A stretch of 63,946 nucleotides of DNA from Frankiaceae bacterium (GTDB lineage: Bacteria; Actinomycetota; Actinomycetes; JADGOV01): NCBI GenBank assembly GCA_017882785.1, contig JADGOV010000005.1:1-63946 (forward strand), written 5' to 3'. Made by a program: the position numbers and the translations under genes. The notes beneath the pieces were generated by a model. It ran no database searches. It saw nothing but the letters and a program-made list of their open reading frames with translations, and was not told the DNA's origin. Positions within the stretch are counted from its first letter, which is position 1, and each line of letters begins with the position of its first letter. This document shows, piece after piece, positions 1 through 7,589 of this stretch.

Positions 1-341
1 CCGACGGCGACGGCGACGGCGAGCTCCCCCACCGCCAACCGGCCGACGCGGTGCACCGCCGCCAAGCGGATCACCGGGTGGGCGCCGGCCACCCTGTCAG
101 CGACCCCGCGCAGGAGCTCGCCCGCTGAGGGATGCGCCGAATACTCGAGCGTCCGGACCGGTCTGCCGCCGTCCTCCGCACGGACGTACCCGAAGAAGGC
201 GGTGACCCCACCGGCTGCCGGGTGTTCGACGGCCGCCAGGACGTCCTCGGCCCGGATGGCGTAGTCGCGCAGCTCGAGCAGCACGATCGGGTCGGCCCGC
301 ACGCCGGGGCCGGGGGACATCCCGCCGGCTTTCACGACCAC
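1..341 (-). CDS. moaE: Molybdopterin synthase catalytic subunit MoaE (runs off the left edge)
   Basis: Not in the ORF track. Manual translation gives PIVLLELRD...EDVLAAVEHPAAGGVTAFFGYVR...LEYSAHP...LAAVHRVGRLAVGELAV, typical MoaE motifs. Start may be GTG 341 (TAGGGT -10 just upstream) or ATG 320. Confidence 0.85.
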   Translation of the reverse strand, partial: MVVKAGGMSPGPGVRADPIVLLELRDYAIRAEDVLAAVEHPAAGGVTAFFGYVRAEDGGRPVRTLEYSAHPSAGELLRGVADRVAGAHPVIRLAAVHRVGRLAVGELAVAVAV

Positions 342-430
342 ACCGTGACCCTAGTGCGACCCCTGACCCCGGTGCCCGGCCGGCGGCAACGGCGCTATTC
401 GCCGGCGCGACCGGCCGCGACTAGCGTGGA

Positions 431-1876
431 GTGATGACGAACCCGCCTTTCGGCTTCGGTGCCGGCGCCGGTGGCGGCCAGCCGCCGGGCGGCGATCCCT
501 TCGGCGGCTTGTTCGGTGGGGGTGATCACGGGGATCTGAGCGCGGCGCTACACCGCTTCGCCGACCTCATGTCATGGAAGGGCGGGCCGGTCAACTGGGA
601 CCTGGCCAGGCAGACTGCGCAGACCGCGGTCGGTGAGGACCAGGGGGTCACCGCCGCCGATGTGGACTCGGTGGCCGCCGCCATCCGGCTCGCCGACCTC
701 TGGCTGGACGGGGTCACCGCGCTGCCTTCCGGCGTGGCCGGAACCGAGGCGTGGAGCCGCCGACGCTGGGTCGAGGTGACAGTCGAGGTCTGGCGGGAGC
801 TGGTCGACCCGATCGCCGGGCGGGTGGTCGACGCGATGGGCTCGGTGCTCGGATCCTCGCTGGGTGGCGCTCTCGGTGGCGCACTGGGCGCCGCCGGGGG
901 AGGGCTGCCTCCAGAGATCGCCCGGGCGCTGCCGGCTGGAACGAACAGCGGAGAGCTGCCTGACTTCTCGCAGCTCACCGGTCCCCTGCTCGGCATGCTG
1001 CGCCAGATGGGCGGGGCGATGTTCGGCGCCCAGGTGGGGACCGCCCTGGGCAGCCTCGCCCAGGAGGTGGTTTCGGCCACCGACGTGGGACTGCCACTGG
1101 GTCCACCCGGGCGAGCCGCGTTGCTGCCGGCGAACGTGGCGGTTTTCGGTGCCGGGCTAGAGCTGCCGGCGGAAGAAGTGCGCATCTTCCTCGCTCTGCG
1201 GGAGGCCGCTTACCACCGCCTGTTCGGGCACGTGAGCTGGCTTCGCAGTCGTCTTCTGGCGGCCGTGGACGGCTACGCCCGCGGCATCACGGTCGACACC
1301 GCGGCGCTACAGGCCGCGGTGTCGGAGTTGGACCCGACCAACCCGGAAGCCTTGGCCGAGGCGTTGGCCGGCGGGCTGTTCGGTCCGCAGACCAGCCCGG
1401 AGCAGCAGGCCGCCTTGAGTCGGCTGGAGACATTGCTCGCGCTCATCGAAGGGTGGGTGGACGAGGTGGTCGCCGCCGCGGCGGAAGGGCACCTGCCCGC
1501 CACAGCGGCGCTGCGGGAGACCGTCCGTCGACGACGGGCCACCGGCGGGCCGGCCGAACAGACCTTCGCCACCCTGGTGGGGCTGGAACTGCGCCCCCGC
1601 CGGCTGCGGGATGCCGCGGCACTCTGGCAGGCCGTCGGGCAGATCCGCGGCACCGACGCTCGTGACGCGGTGTGGGCACATCCGGACCTGTTGCCGAGCG
1701 CGGCTGATCTCGATGACCCGCAGCGCTACGCCGCCGGCACCGACCACCTCGACCTCAGCACCCTGCGGGACACCCCGGCTCCTGCCGGCGGCCAGGAGAC
1801 CCCACCTGCCGCCGGTGCGCCGAAGGCGGAGCCTGACCGGCCGACCGACAGCGGTGAACCGGACTCCACGCCCTGA
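431..1876 (+). CDS. Zinc-dependent metalloprotease, zincin-like (Rv3195-like)
   Basis: GPVNWDLA, ALREAAYHRLF and LETLLALIEGWVD motifs; conserved position. Confidence 0.9.
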   Translation: MMTNPPFGFGAGAGGGQPPGGDPFGGLFGGGDHGDLSAALHRFADLMSWKGGPVNWDLARQTAQTAVGEDQGVTAADVDSVAAAIRLADLWLDGVTALPSGVAGTEAWSRRRWVEVTVEVWRELVDPIAGRVVDAMGSVLGSSLGGALGGALGAAGGGLPPEIARALPAGTNSGELPDFSQLTGPLLGMLRQMGGAMFGAQVGTALGSLAQEVVSATDVGLPLGPPGRAALLPANVAVFGAGLELPAEEVRIFLALREAAYHRLFGHVSWLRSRLLAAVDGYARGITVDTAALQAAVSELDPTNPEALAEALAGGLFGPQTSPEQQAALSRLETLLALIEGWVDEVVAAAAEGHLPATAALRETVRRRRATGGPAEQTFATLVGLELRPRRLRDAAALWQAVGQIRGTDARDAVWAHPDLLPSAADLDDPQRYAAGTDHLDLSTLRDTPAPAGGQETPPAAGAPKAEPDRPTDSGEPDSTP

Positions 1877-1904
1877 CCCGGGGTGGGCTGGCTGCCTGGA
1901 TGGC

Positions 1905-2477
1905 TCAGTCCACGTCCGGAAGGGTTTCCGGACCGTCACCGCGGCCGCGCAACATGGCGGTGGCATATCCCTCGAGGAAGCCCCGAGCGCGGGCAGCCTG
2001 CGGATAACGGTCCACGAGCCGCCAGAACGCCGGATCGTGATCGACCACGACGAGGTGGGCCAACTCGTGGACCAGGACGTAGTCCAGCACCCACCGGGGC
2101 AGGCAGGTGAGCCGATGGGAGATCCGGATGGTGCGCTCAGAGACCGTGCAGGACCCCCAGCGACTGCCCTGGTTGGCCACCCAGCGGACGCTGATCGGAG
2201 GTTCCGCCTCGTGCAGGTATCGGCGACGTAGCCCTTCGGCACGGGCGGCCAGCGTGTCATCGCTCGGTGCTCGCCGACGCTCCCGATCCGCCAGTCGCGT
2301 CAACATCTGCTCCACCCACCGCTGCTCCTCCGCGGCAGGGAGCCCCGCAGGGACGCGAACAACCGTGCGGTCACCGTCTCGGAAGGCCGACACGGTGCGA
2401 CGCCGGCGGGCACTGCGGATGACTTCGACGCGCTGCTCAGCCTGCTCGCCCAGCCCCATGTCCGGCACGCTAGCCAA
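1905..2477 (-). CDS. M48/YgjP-like (DUF45) metallopeptidase
   Basis: RSARRRRTVSA, RWGSCT and VLVHELAHL (HEXXH). Confidence 0.9.
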   Translation of the reverse strand: MASVPDMGLGEQAEQRVEVIRSARRRRTVSAFRDGDRTVVRVPAGLPAAEEQRWVEQMLTRLADRERRRAPSDDTLAARAEGLRRRYLHEAEPPISVRWVANQGSRWGSCTVSERTIRISHRLTCLPRWVLDYVLVHELAHLVVVDHDPAFWRLVDRYPQAARARGFLEGYATAMLRGRGDGPETLPDVD

Positions 2478-2498
2478 CCCCCGGCCGCCGTTTTCTTG

Positions 2499-2640
2499 CC
2501 GTCCACAACCGGTGCACGACGTTGCCCCAGGTCACCTGGCCCCCCTCCATCGATTCCATACCGTCATCCACAGCGACGCGCCAGGTCTGTCCACAGGCTT
2601 CGGGCACGCTGTCCCCACGGAGTCCACAACGCCGTCCACA
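2499..2640 (+). promoter_or_regulatory. Cluster of six co-oriented DnaA-box-like 9-mers
   Basis: CCGTCCACA 2499, TCATCCACA 2564, CTGTCCACA 2587, CTGTCCCCA 2609, GAGTCCACA 2620, CCGTCCACA 2632; 1-2 mismatches to TT(A/G)TCCACA. Confidence 0.55.
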
Positions 2641-2657
2641 GCCAGTTCGACCGATGA

Positions 2658-2687
2658 TTGACGCCGTTGGACGGGCCCGCCTAGCTT
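2658..2687 (+). promoter_or_regulatory. Housekeeping sigma-type promoter
   Basis: TTGACG-18 nt-TAGCTT, pointing into a hairpin with no credible downstream + strand CDS. Confidence 0.65.
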
Positions 2688-2693
2688 CGGAGG

Positions 2694-2775
2694 CAACGAA
2701 ACCCCCGGGTCGCAGACTCAGACGTTCGCAAGGGGAAGGCGAGCGGCTAAGTAGGCGGGGCCGGGGGTTTCGTGG
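2694..2775 (+). ncRNA. Candidate hairpin small RNA
   Basis: Perfect 13-bp inverted repeat (2696-2708 / 2761-2773) enclosing further pairing and an AAGGGGAAG apical loop; begins about 7 nt after a -10 box. Confidence 0.55.
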
Positions 2776-2792
2776 CCGCCGGGTGGGGCGAG

Positions 2793-3596
2793 TCAACGGC
2801 CGGTGAACCGCGGGCGACGCTGCTCCACCTGGGCAGCTACCCCCTCGCGTACGTCGGCTGTGGCCAGTGTGACCGGTTGGGCCAACGCCTCCCACTCCAG
2901 CGCGTCGGCGTAGGAGGCGTGCCCACCACGAGCCAACGCGGCCTTCGTCAACCGGATGGCGACCGGCGCCCGCGCGGCGATCCCGGCTGCGATGTCCAGC
3001 ACCTCGCGCAGAAGGTCATCTGCCGGGAACACCCCGTGCACCAGGCCGATCGCTGCCGCCTCGGCGGCACCTACCCGCCGACCGGTGAAGAGCAGCTCAC
3101 GGGCTCGAGGGACGCCCACAGCCTCGGGCAGGAGCCACGTCGCGGCCATCCCCGGGTGCATGCCCAGCGCAGCGAAGGGCATGGACAGCACTGCCTCCGC
3201 ACTCGCGTAGCGCAGGTCGCAGGCCAATGCCAGGCACAACCCGGCACCGATCGCCGGGCCGTTCAGTGCAGCGATCACCGGGACCTCGAGGTCCCGGATC
3301 GACAGCCACGTCCGGTAGAACCGGAGCATGCGGGTGCGCAGCCCGTCCACGGAGGCATCCGGTTCCTCGACGATCCAGGACAGATCACCGCCGGCGCAGA
3401 AGGCCGGGCCCTCCCCGGTGACGACCACGCACCGCAGGTCACGGTCCTCCCGCAACCCCGCCACGACGTGCGCCCACGAGTCGGTCAAAGGTGCCGTCAT
3501 GGCGTTGCGGCGTTCGGGTAGGTCGAGGGTGAGGAGGACGACACCGCCCAGCCCGGCCATGGGACGCTCGACACGCAGCGGCTGGGCCTGGGTCAC
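2793..3596 (-). CDS. Enoyl-CoA hydratase/isomerase
   Basis: AFCAGGDL, PVIAALNGPAIGAG, LGMHPGM and RRPRFTGR; C-terminal part of the 1061-aa track ORF. Confidence 0.92.
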   Translation of the reverse strand: MTQAQPLRVERPMAGLGGVVLLTLDLPERRNAMTAPLTDSWAHVVAGLREDRDLRCVVVTGEGPAFCAGGDLSWIVEEPDASVDGLRTRMLRFYRTWLSIRDLEVPVIAALNGPAIGAGLCLALACDLRYASAEAVLSMPFAALGMHPGMAATWLLPEAVGVPRARELLFTGRRVGAAEAAAIGLVHGVFPADDLLREVLDIAAGIAARAPVAIRLTKAALARGGHASYADALEWEALAQPVTLATADVREGVAAQVEQRRPRFTGR

Positions 3597-3719
3597 CGCT
3601 CTCCCTCCTGACAGTGGCCAGCGGATAGGGCGCAGGCTAGTCCGCCGACACGGCCAGTTCGCAGCGGGCAGTCCCGACCGAGCGGCGAGTAGGGTGACGC
3701 CGACCTTGAGGAGGCGTAC

Positions 3720-3872
3720 GTGGCAGAGACCTACAACGGATATTGCGTGAAATGTAAGGAGAAGCGCGATTTCGAGGGTGAGGTACGCGAGACGGAGTCC
3801 GGCCGCCGAATGGCGCAGGGCCCGTGTCCTGTGTGCGGCACCAAGATGAACCGAATACTCGGCAAGGCCTGA
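3720..3872 (+). CDS. Small zinc-ribbon protein (DUF5679-like), 50 aa
   Basis: Not in the track. GAGGAGG RBS then GTG; MAETYNGYCVKCKEKRDFEG...GPCPVCGTKMNRILGKA with two CxxC pairs. Confidence 0.9.
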   Translation: MAETYNGYCVKCKEKRDFEGEVRETESGRRMAQGPCPVCGTKMNRILGKA

Positions 3873-3926
3873 GCACGCGGGCGGCGGGGCAGCGCAAGCA
3901 GCGGTTGCCCTGCCACCCGCGGGGCT

Positions 3927-5051
3927 GTGGATGACGTCCAGCGCCCATCGCCGCTCGATGTCAGGGTGGTCGCACCCGGACCGTCGGAGGCCGCCGTGCG
4001 CCCGCTCGTCAAACCAGCTCTTCGTCGACAGTGGCTCGACGCCGAGACGCTGCAACTGGGCACTGACCCAGCCGTGGCCGTCGTGCTGACCGGCCTCAGC
4101 CACGGCACCCGCGCCGTACTCGACCTGCTGGACGGGGAACGAACCGAGGTCGAGGTGCGGCACGCGGCCGCGGACGCCGGAGTCATGGACCACCACGTGG
4201 ACCGGTTGTTGGACACCCTGCTCCGGGCCGGTGCGCTGGAGGACGCAGACGCGGCCGATCCCCTCGCCGACCTGCCCTTCCTGCAGCGGGCCCGGCTGCG
4301 TGAGGAGCTTGCCGAACTCTCGCTGCGCACCTCTCGCCCCGGCGCGGCGGCCGAGGCACTCGGTCGACGCCAGCAGGCCAGGGTGTCCGTCCGGGGGGCC
4401 GGGCGGGTCGGCGCGCCGCTTGTCGCGCTGCTGGCGGCGGCTGGCACAGGGGCGGTGGCTGTCGTCGATCCCGCGCCGACCCGACCGCAGGATGTGATGC
4501 CGGCCGGACTGCGGGAGCACGACATCGGGTGCCCTCGGGACGAGGCAGCGGTGCGTGGGGTGTCCGGCGCCACTCGTCGACGGCGGGCCGACGGGGCAGA
4601 GGAAGACGATCTCGTGGTTCTCGCGCAGTCGGCCATGGCCGATCTCTCCCTGCCTGAACAGCTCCGTCGGAACGGCGTCCCGCACCTCGTCGTCACTGCC
4701 CTCGACGGCGCCGGCGTCATCGGACCGCTCGTGCGGCCCGGCGTATCGGCCTGCGTGCGCTGCCTGCATCTGCACCGCCACGACCGGAGCCGATACCAGT
4801 CGAGCGCCGGCAGCCCAGCCGGCAGCCCAACCGGCACCCCGGCCGGCATGGACGGCGCTGACGGCGTAGGCTGCGCGTTGGTCATGGCCACCGCTGCCCT
4901 GGCCGCGATCCAGATTCTCGCTTTCCTCGACGCCCAGCCGGCTCCGGTCAGGCTGGCCACTGTGGACGGCACGGTCGAACTCCGGCCGCCTGACTGGCGG
5001 CTCCGGCGCCGCACGTGGCCGCCGCATCCGGACTGCGGCTGCATCGACTGA
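3927..5051 (+). CDS. ThiF/E1-like, TOMM leader-binding-like protein (Rv3196-like)
   Basis: RPLVKPAL, GAGRVG, IGPLVRPGVSACVRCL and C-terminal HPDCGC. Confidence 0.85.
   Translation: MDDVQRPSPLDVRVVAPGPSEAAVRPLVKPALRRQWLDAETLQLGTDPAVAVVLTGLSHGTRAVLDLLDGERTEVEVRHAAADAGVMDHHVDRLLDTLLRAGALEDADAADPLADLPFLQRARLREELAELSLRTSRPGAAAEALGRRQQARVSVRGAGRVGAPLVALLAAAGTGAVAVVDPAPTRPQDVMPAGLREHDIGCPRDEAAVRGVSGATRRRRADGAEEDDLVVLAQSAMADLSLPEQLRRNGVPHLVVTALDGAGVIGPLVRPGVSACVRCLHLHRHDRSRYQSSAGSPAGSPTGTPAGMDGADGVGCALVMATAALAAIQILAFLDAQPAPVRLATVDGTVELRPPDWRLRRRTWPPHPDCGCID
4806..4848 (+). repeat. 12-bp tandem repeat, about 3.5 copies (AGSP/TGTP)
   Basis: gccggcagccca x2, accggcaccccg, gccggca. Confidence 0.75.
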
Positions 5052-5129
5052 ACCGGTACACCACCACCCGCCACGGACCGCGACGCACTGCCTCGGGCCG
5101 TCCCGCTGAGGACGACGCAGAATGGGGAT

Positions 5130-6587
5130 ATGAGCGATCTCCCACGGTGGGCCATCTCGCGTTCCGCGAAGCTGGCGTCCCTGCCGCTGGGAGTGGCCGG
5201 CAGGGCAACTTTGGGCGTCGGAAAGCGGATCGGCGGCCGACCGGCGGAGGCCGTGGCGTCCGAACTGCAACAGCGCACCGCCGAGCAGGTCTTTCGGGTT
5301 CTGGGCGATCTCAAAGGCGGTGCCATGAAGTTCGGGCAGGCGCTGTCGGTCTTCGAGGCGGCCCTGCCCGAGGATGTTGCTGCCCCGTACCGGCAGGCTC
5401 TCACCAAGCTGCAGGACTCCGCGCCGGCGCTGCCAGCCGCAACCGTGCACCGGGTCCTGGCCCACCAACTCGGCGCCAACTGGCGCCGCCGGTTCCGCGC
5501 GTTCGACGACCTGCCGGCGGCCGCCGCCTCCATCGGGCAGGTCCACCGCGCGGTCTGGGCCGATGGCACGGCCGTGGCGGTGAAGATCCAGTATCCGGGC
5601 GCGGACAAGGCCCTTCTTTCCGACCTCAATCAACTGGCCCGGATCGCCCGCCTCTTCGGCGTGATGTCCCCCGGCCTGGATGTCAAGCCGTTGATCGCCG
5701 AGCTCAAGGCGCGGGTGGCCGAGGAGTTGGACTACGTCCTCGAGGCCGCCGCCCAGCGGGCCTTCGCCGAGGCGTACGCCGGAGACCCCGACATCCGCGT
5801 CCCGCGCGTGGTGGCCAACTCCCGGCAGGTGCTCGTCAGCGAATGGATCGAGGGCATCCCACTCTCGGTGATCATCCGGGAGGGCACCCCCGAGCAAAGG
5901 GACCGCGCCGGGCTGCTGCTCGTGCGCTTCCTCTTCTCCGGTCCGAGCCGCGCCGGCATGCTGCATGCCGACCCGCATCCGGGCAATTTCCGGCTGCTGC
6001 CCGACGGGCGGCTCGGGGTCGTCGACTACGGAGCGGTCAACAGACTGCCCGGCGGCCTGCCGCCGCTCATCGGAGAGACCACGAGACTGGTCATCGCCGG
6101 CGATGGCGCGACCATACTGAGCCGGCTGCGCGCCGAGGGCTTCGTCAAGTCGAACGTCGACATCGATCCCGAGCCGGTGCTGGACTACCTGCGTCCCATC
6201 GTCGCCCCAGTGATCGATGACACCTTCACCTTCAGCCGGGCTTGGCTGCGGGCCGAGGCAGCGCGGCTCGGCGACCCCCGCTCACCGGCCGCGCAGCTGG
6301 GACGCCAGCTCAACCTGCCACCGTCCTACATGCTGATCCACCGGGTGACTCTGGGCGGCGTGGGCGTGCTGTGTCAGTTGGGCACACGGGGCTCCTTCCG
6401 CGCCGAGCTCGAACGCTGGCTCCCCGGATTCGCCGACAGGCCCCTACCACCGCCGACCCGGCGCCCGCGGGTCCCGCGGCGGGTGCCGACCCCGAAACGG
6501 ACAGCAATCGTGGAGCCGCCACCGGATGACACGCTGCTGCGCCAGCCGGGCACCCCCTTCCCCGCCGGTGCACCTTCGACGGAGTAG
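5130..6587 (+). CDS. ABC1/AarF/UbiB atypical kinase (Rv3197-like)
   Basis: LKGGAMKFGQ, AAASIGQVH, VAVKIQYPG and HADPHPGN. Confidence 0.93.
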   Translation: MSDLPRWAISRSAKLASLPLGVAGRATLGVGKRIGGRPAEAVASELQQRTAEQVFRVLGDLKGGAMKFGQALSVFEAALPEDVAAPYRQALTKLQDSAPALPAATVHRVLAHQLGANWRRRFRAFDDLPAAAASIGQVHRAVWADGTAVAVKIQYPGADKALLSDLNQLARIARLFGVMSPGLDVKPLIAELKARVAEELDYVLEAAAQRAFAEAYAGDPDIRVPRVVANSRQVLVSEWIEGIPLSVIIREGTPEQRDRAGLLLVRFLFSGPSRAGMLHADPHPGNFRLLPDGRLGVVDYGAVNRLPGGLPPLIGETTRLVIAGDGATILSRLRAEGFVKSNVDIDPEPVLDYLRPIVAPVIDDTFTFSRAWLRAEAARLGDPRSPAAQLGRQLNLPPSYMLIHRVTLGGVGVLCQLGTRGSFRAELERWLPGFADRPLPPPTRRPRVPRRVPTPKRTAIVEPPPDDTLLRQPGTPFPAGAPSTE

Positions 6588-6598
6588 GGCGTCCCGAC

Positions 6599-6763
6599 CT
6601 ATGGCCGCTGCCGTTCAGGACGGTTGCGTCCGGCGGGCGCCGTTCTGTGCCGACGCTGCCCCTTGCGGGCGGCCACCACCGTGGCGGTGCGGCTACGCAG
6701 CAGCTGCTGTCGCTGGGCGTCGTGCCATCGGGCCCGCGCCAGCTCTTCATGAAGCAGAGACAT
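6599..6763 (-). CDS. Small protein downstream of wblC, 54 aa
   Basis: AAGGAG RBS then ATG; MSLLHEELARAR resembles the small gene commonly found after wblC. Confidence 0.65.
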   Translation of the reverse strand: MSLLHEELARARWHDAQRQQLLRSRTATVVAARKGQRRHRTAPAGRNRPERQRP

Positions 6764-6816
6764 CGTGGAGCTCCTTGTCGGACAATGGTTGCAGCGCAGG
6801 TGCTTACGGGTGGGGA

Positions 6817-7089
6817 TCACGCGGCCACTTCCTTGCGCGGTCGACCGCGTGGCCTCTTGCGGGCCAGGACGGTGCCGGCAACCACCAGCTCGCCACCCCA
6901 CACCCCCCAAGGCTCCTGGCGGTGCAGCGCGGCAGCCAGGCAGGTCAGCCGTGCCGTGCAGGGGTTGCACACCGACTTCGCCGCCTCGACGTCGGCCGGC
7001 GACTCGGCGAAGAAGAGATCCGGGTTGACGCTGCGACACGGCAGTGCCACGCCGGCTCGATCCCGCGGAACGAGCGGGTGCGTTCCCAT
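6817..7089 (-). CDS. whiB7: WhiB7/WblC transcriptional activator
   Basis: LPC...PDLFFAE...C..C.....C, EPWGVWGG and AT-hook KRPRGRPRK; AAGGAGG RBS; next to uvrD2. Confidence 0.93.
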   Translation of the reverse strand: MGTHPLVPRDRAGVALPCRSVNPDLFFAESPADVEAAKSVCNPCTARLTCLAAALHRQEPWGVWGGELVVAGTVLARKRPRGRPRKEVAA

Positions 7090-7103
7090 GATCGGGCCAC
7101 CTC

Positions 7104-7131
7104 CTTGTAGGGACTTGCTTGTAGGGACTTG
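7104..7131. repeat. 14-bp tandem duplication in the whiB7 leader
   Basis: cttgtagggacttg x2. Confidence 0.85.
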
Positions 7132-7188
7132 CTGAGAGAGGAGAAGGGACTGGGGTCTGATACGCCCGGCGGACCAGTGACTGCCGGC

Positions 7189-7231
7189 CGGGTGCAGACG
7201 GGGGTACAGACGGGTACAGACGGGTACAGAC
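7189..7231. repeat. 10-bp tandem repeat in the whiB7 leader
   Basis: (c/g)gggtacaga x3 plus a degenerate cgggtgcaga. Confidence 0.85.
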
Positions 7232-7238
7232 AACGCGA

Positions 7239-7269
7239 AGGCCGCGGAACCCGAGGGGTTCCGCGGCCT
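7239..7269 (-). terminator. Intrinsic terminator of the whiB7 attenuator
   Basis: Perfect 14-bp stem aggccgcggaaccc / gggttccgcggcct with a 3-nt loop, followed on the - strand by TCGCGTTGTC. Confidence 0.85.
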
Positions 7270-7292
7270 GGAGGACGACCGGTAGGGCAGAC

Positions 7293-7469
7293 CTATACCG
7301 GGGGACTCCAGGCGGCGGGGAGCACCGGGCGCTCGCCGACGGTCGACACCGCGATGGGGCGCCGAGCCGGCACCGTGGCGAAACGCCCGTCACCGACCAG
7401 GTGGCCACGGACACTCTGCCGACCGCGGAACGAGGCAACGGCATCGAGCCGCCAAGTCGTCATGTTCAT
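7293..7469 (-). CDS. whiB7 leader peptide (uORF), 58 aa
   Basis: AGGAGG RBS then ATG; ends AWSPPV* just upstream of the terminator. Confidence 0.75.
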   Translation of the reverse strand: MNMTTWRLDAVASFRGRQSVRGHLVGDGRFATVPARRPIAVSTVGERPVLPAAWSPPV

Positions 7470-7551
7470 CGGGCCACCTCCTGTCTCTCGCTCTCTGTCC
7501 TGCCGCCGGCAGTCGCACCGCGCCTGTGCGGCGAGCCACCGCGTCAGAAGC

Positions 7552-7589
7552 ACAGTAGTTGCCGCTGTCCGCGACGGCAACAGAATTAC
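7552..7589 (-). promoter_or_regulatory. WhiB7-dependent autoregulatory promoter
   Basis: AT-rich GTAATT, then TTGCCG-17 nt-TACTGT. Confidence 0.8.

Noticed and set aside
1-22. cggcga hexamer repeat
   Set aside because: It encodes AVAVAV within moaE.
3927-5051. RiPP (TOMM) biosynthetic cluster
   Set aside because: No YcaO, dehydrogenase or precursor gene; this is a conserved core-locus gene.
2793-5978. 1061-aa track ORF as a giant fusion
   Set aside because: Only the last 267 aa or so are a real enoyl-CoA hydratase; the rest is an antisense shadow of + strand genes, common in high-GC DNA.
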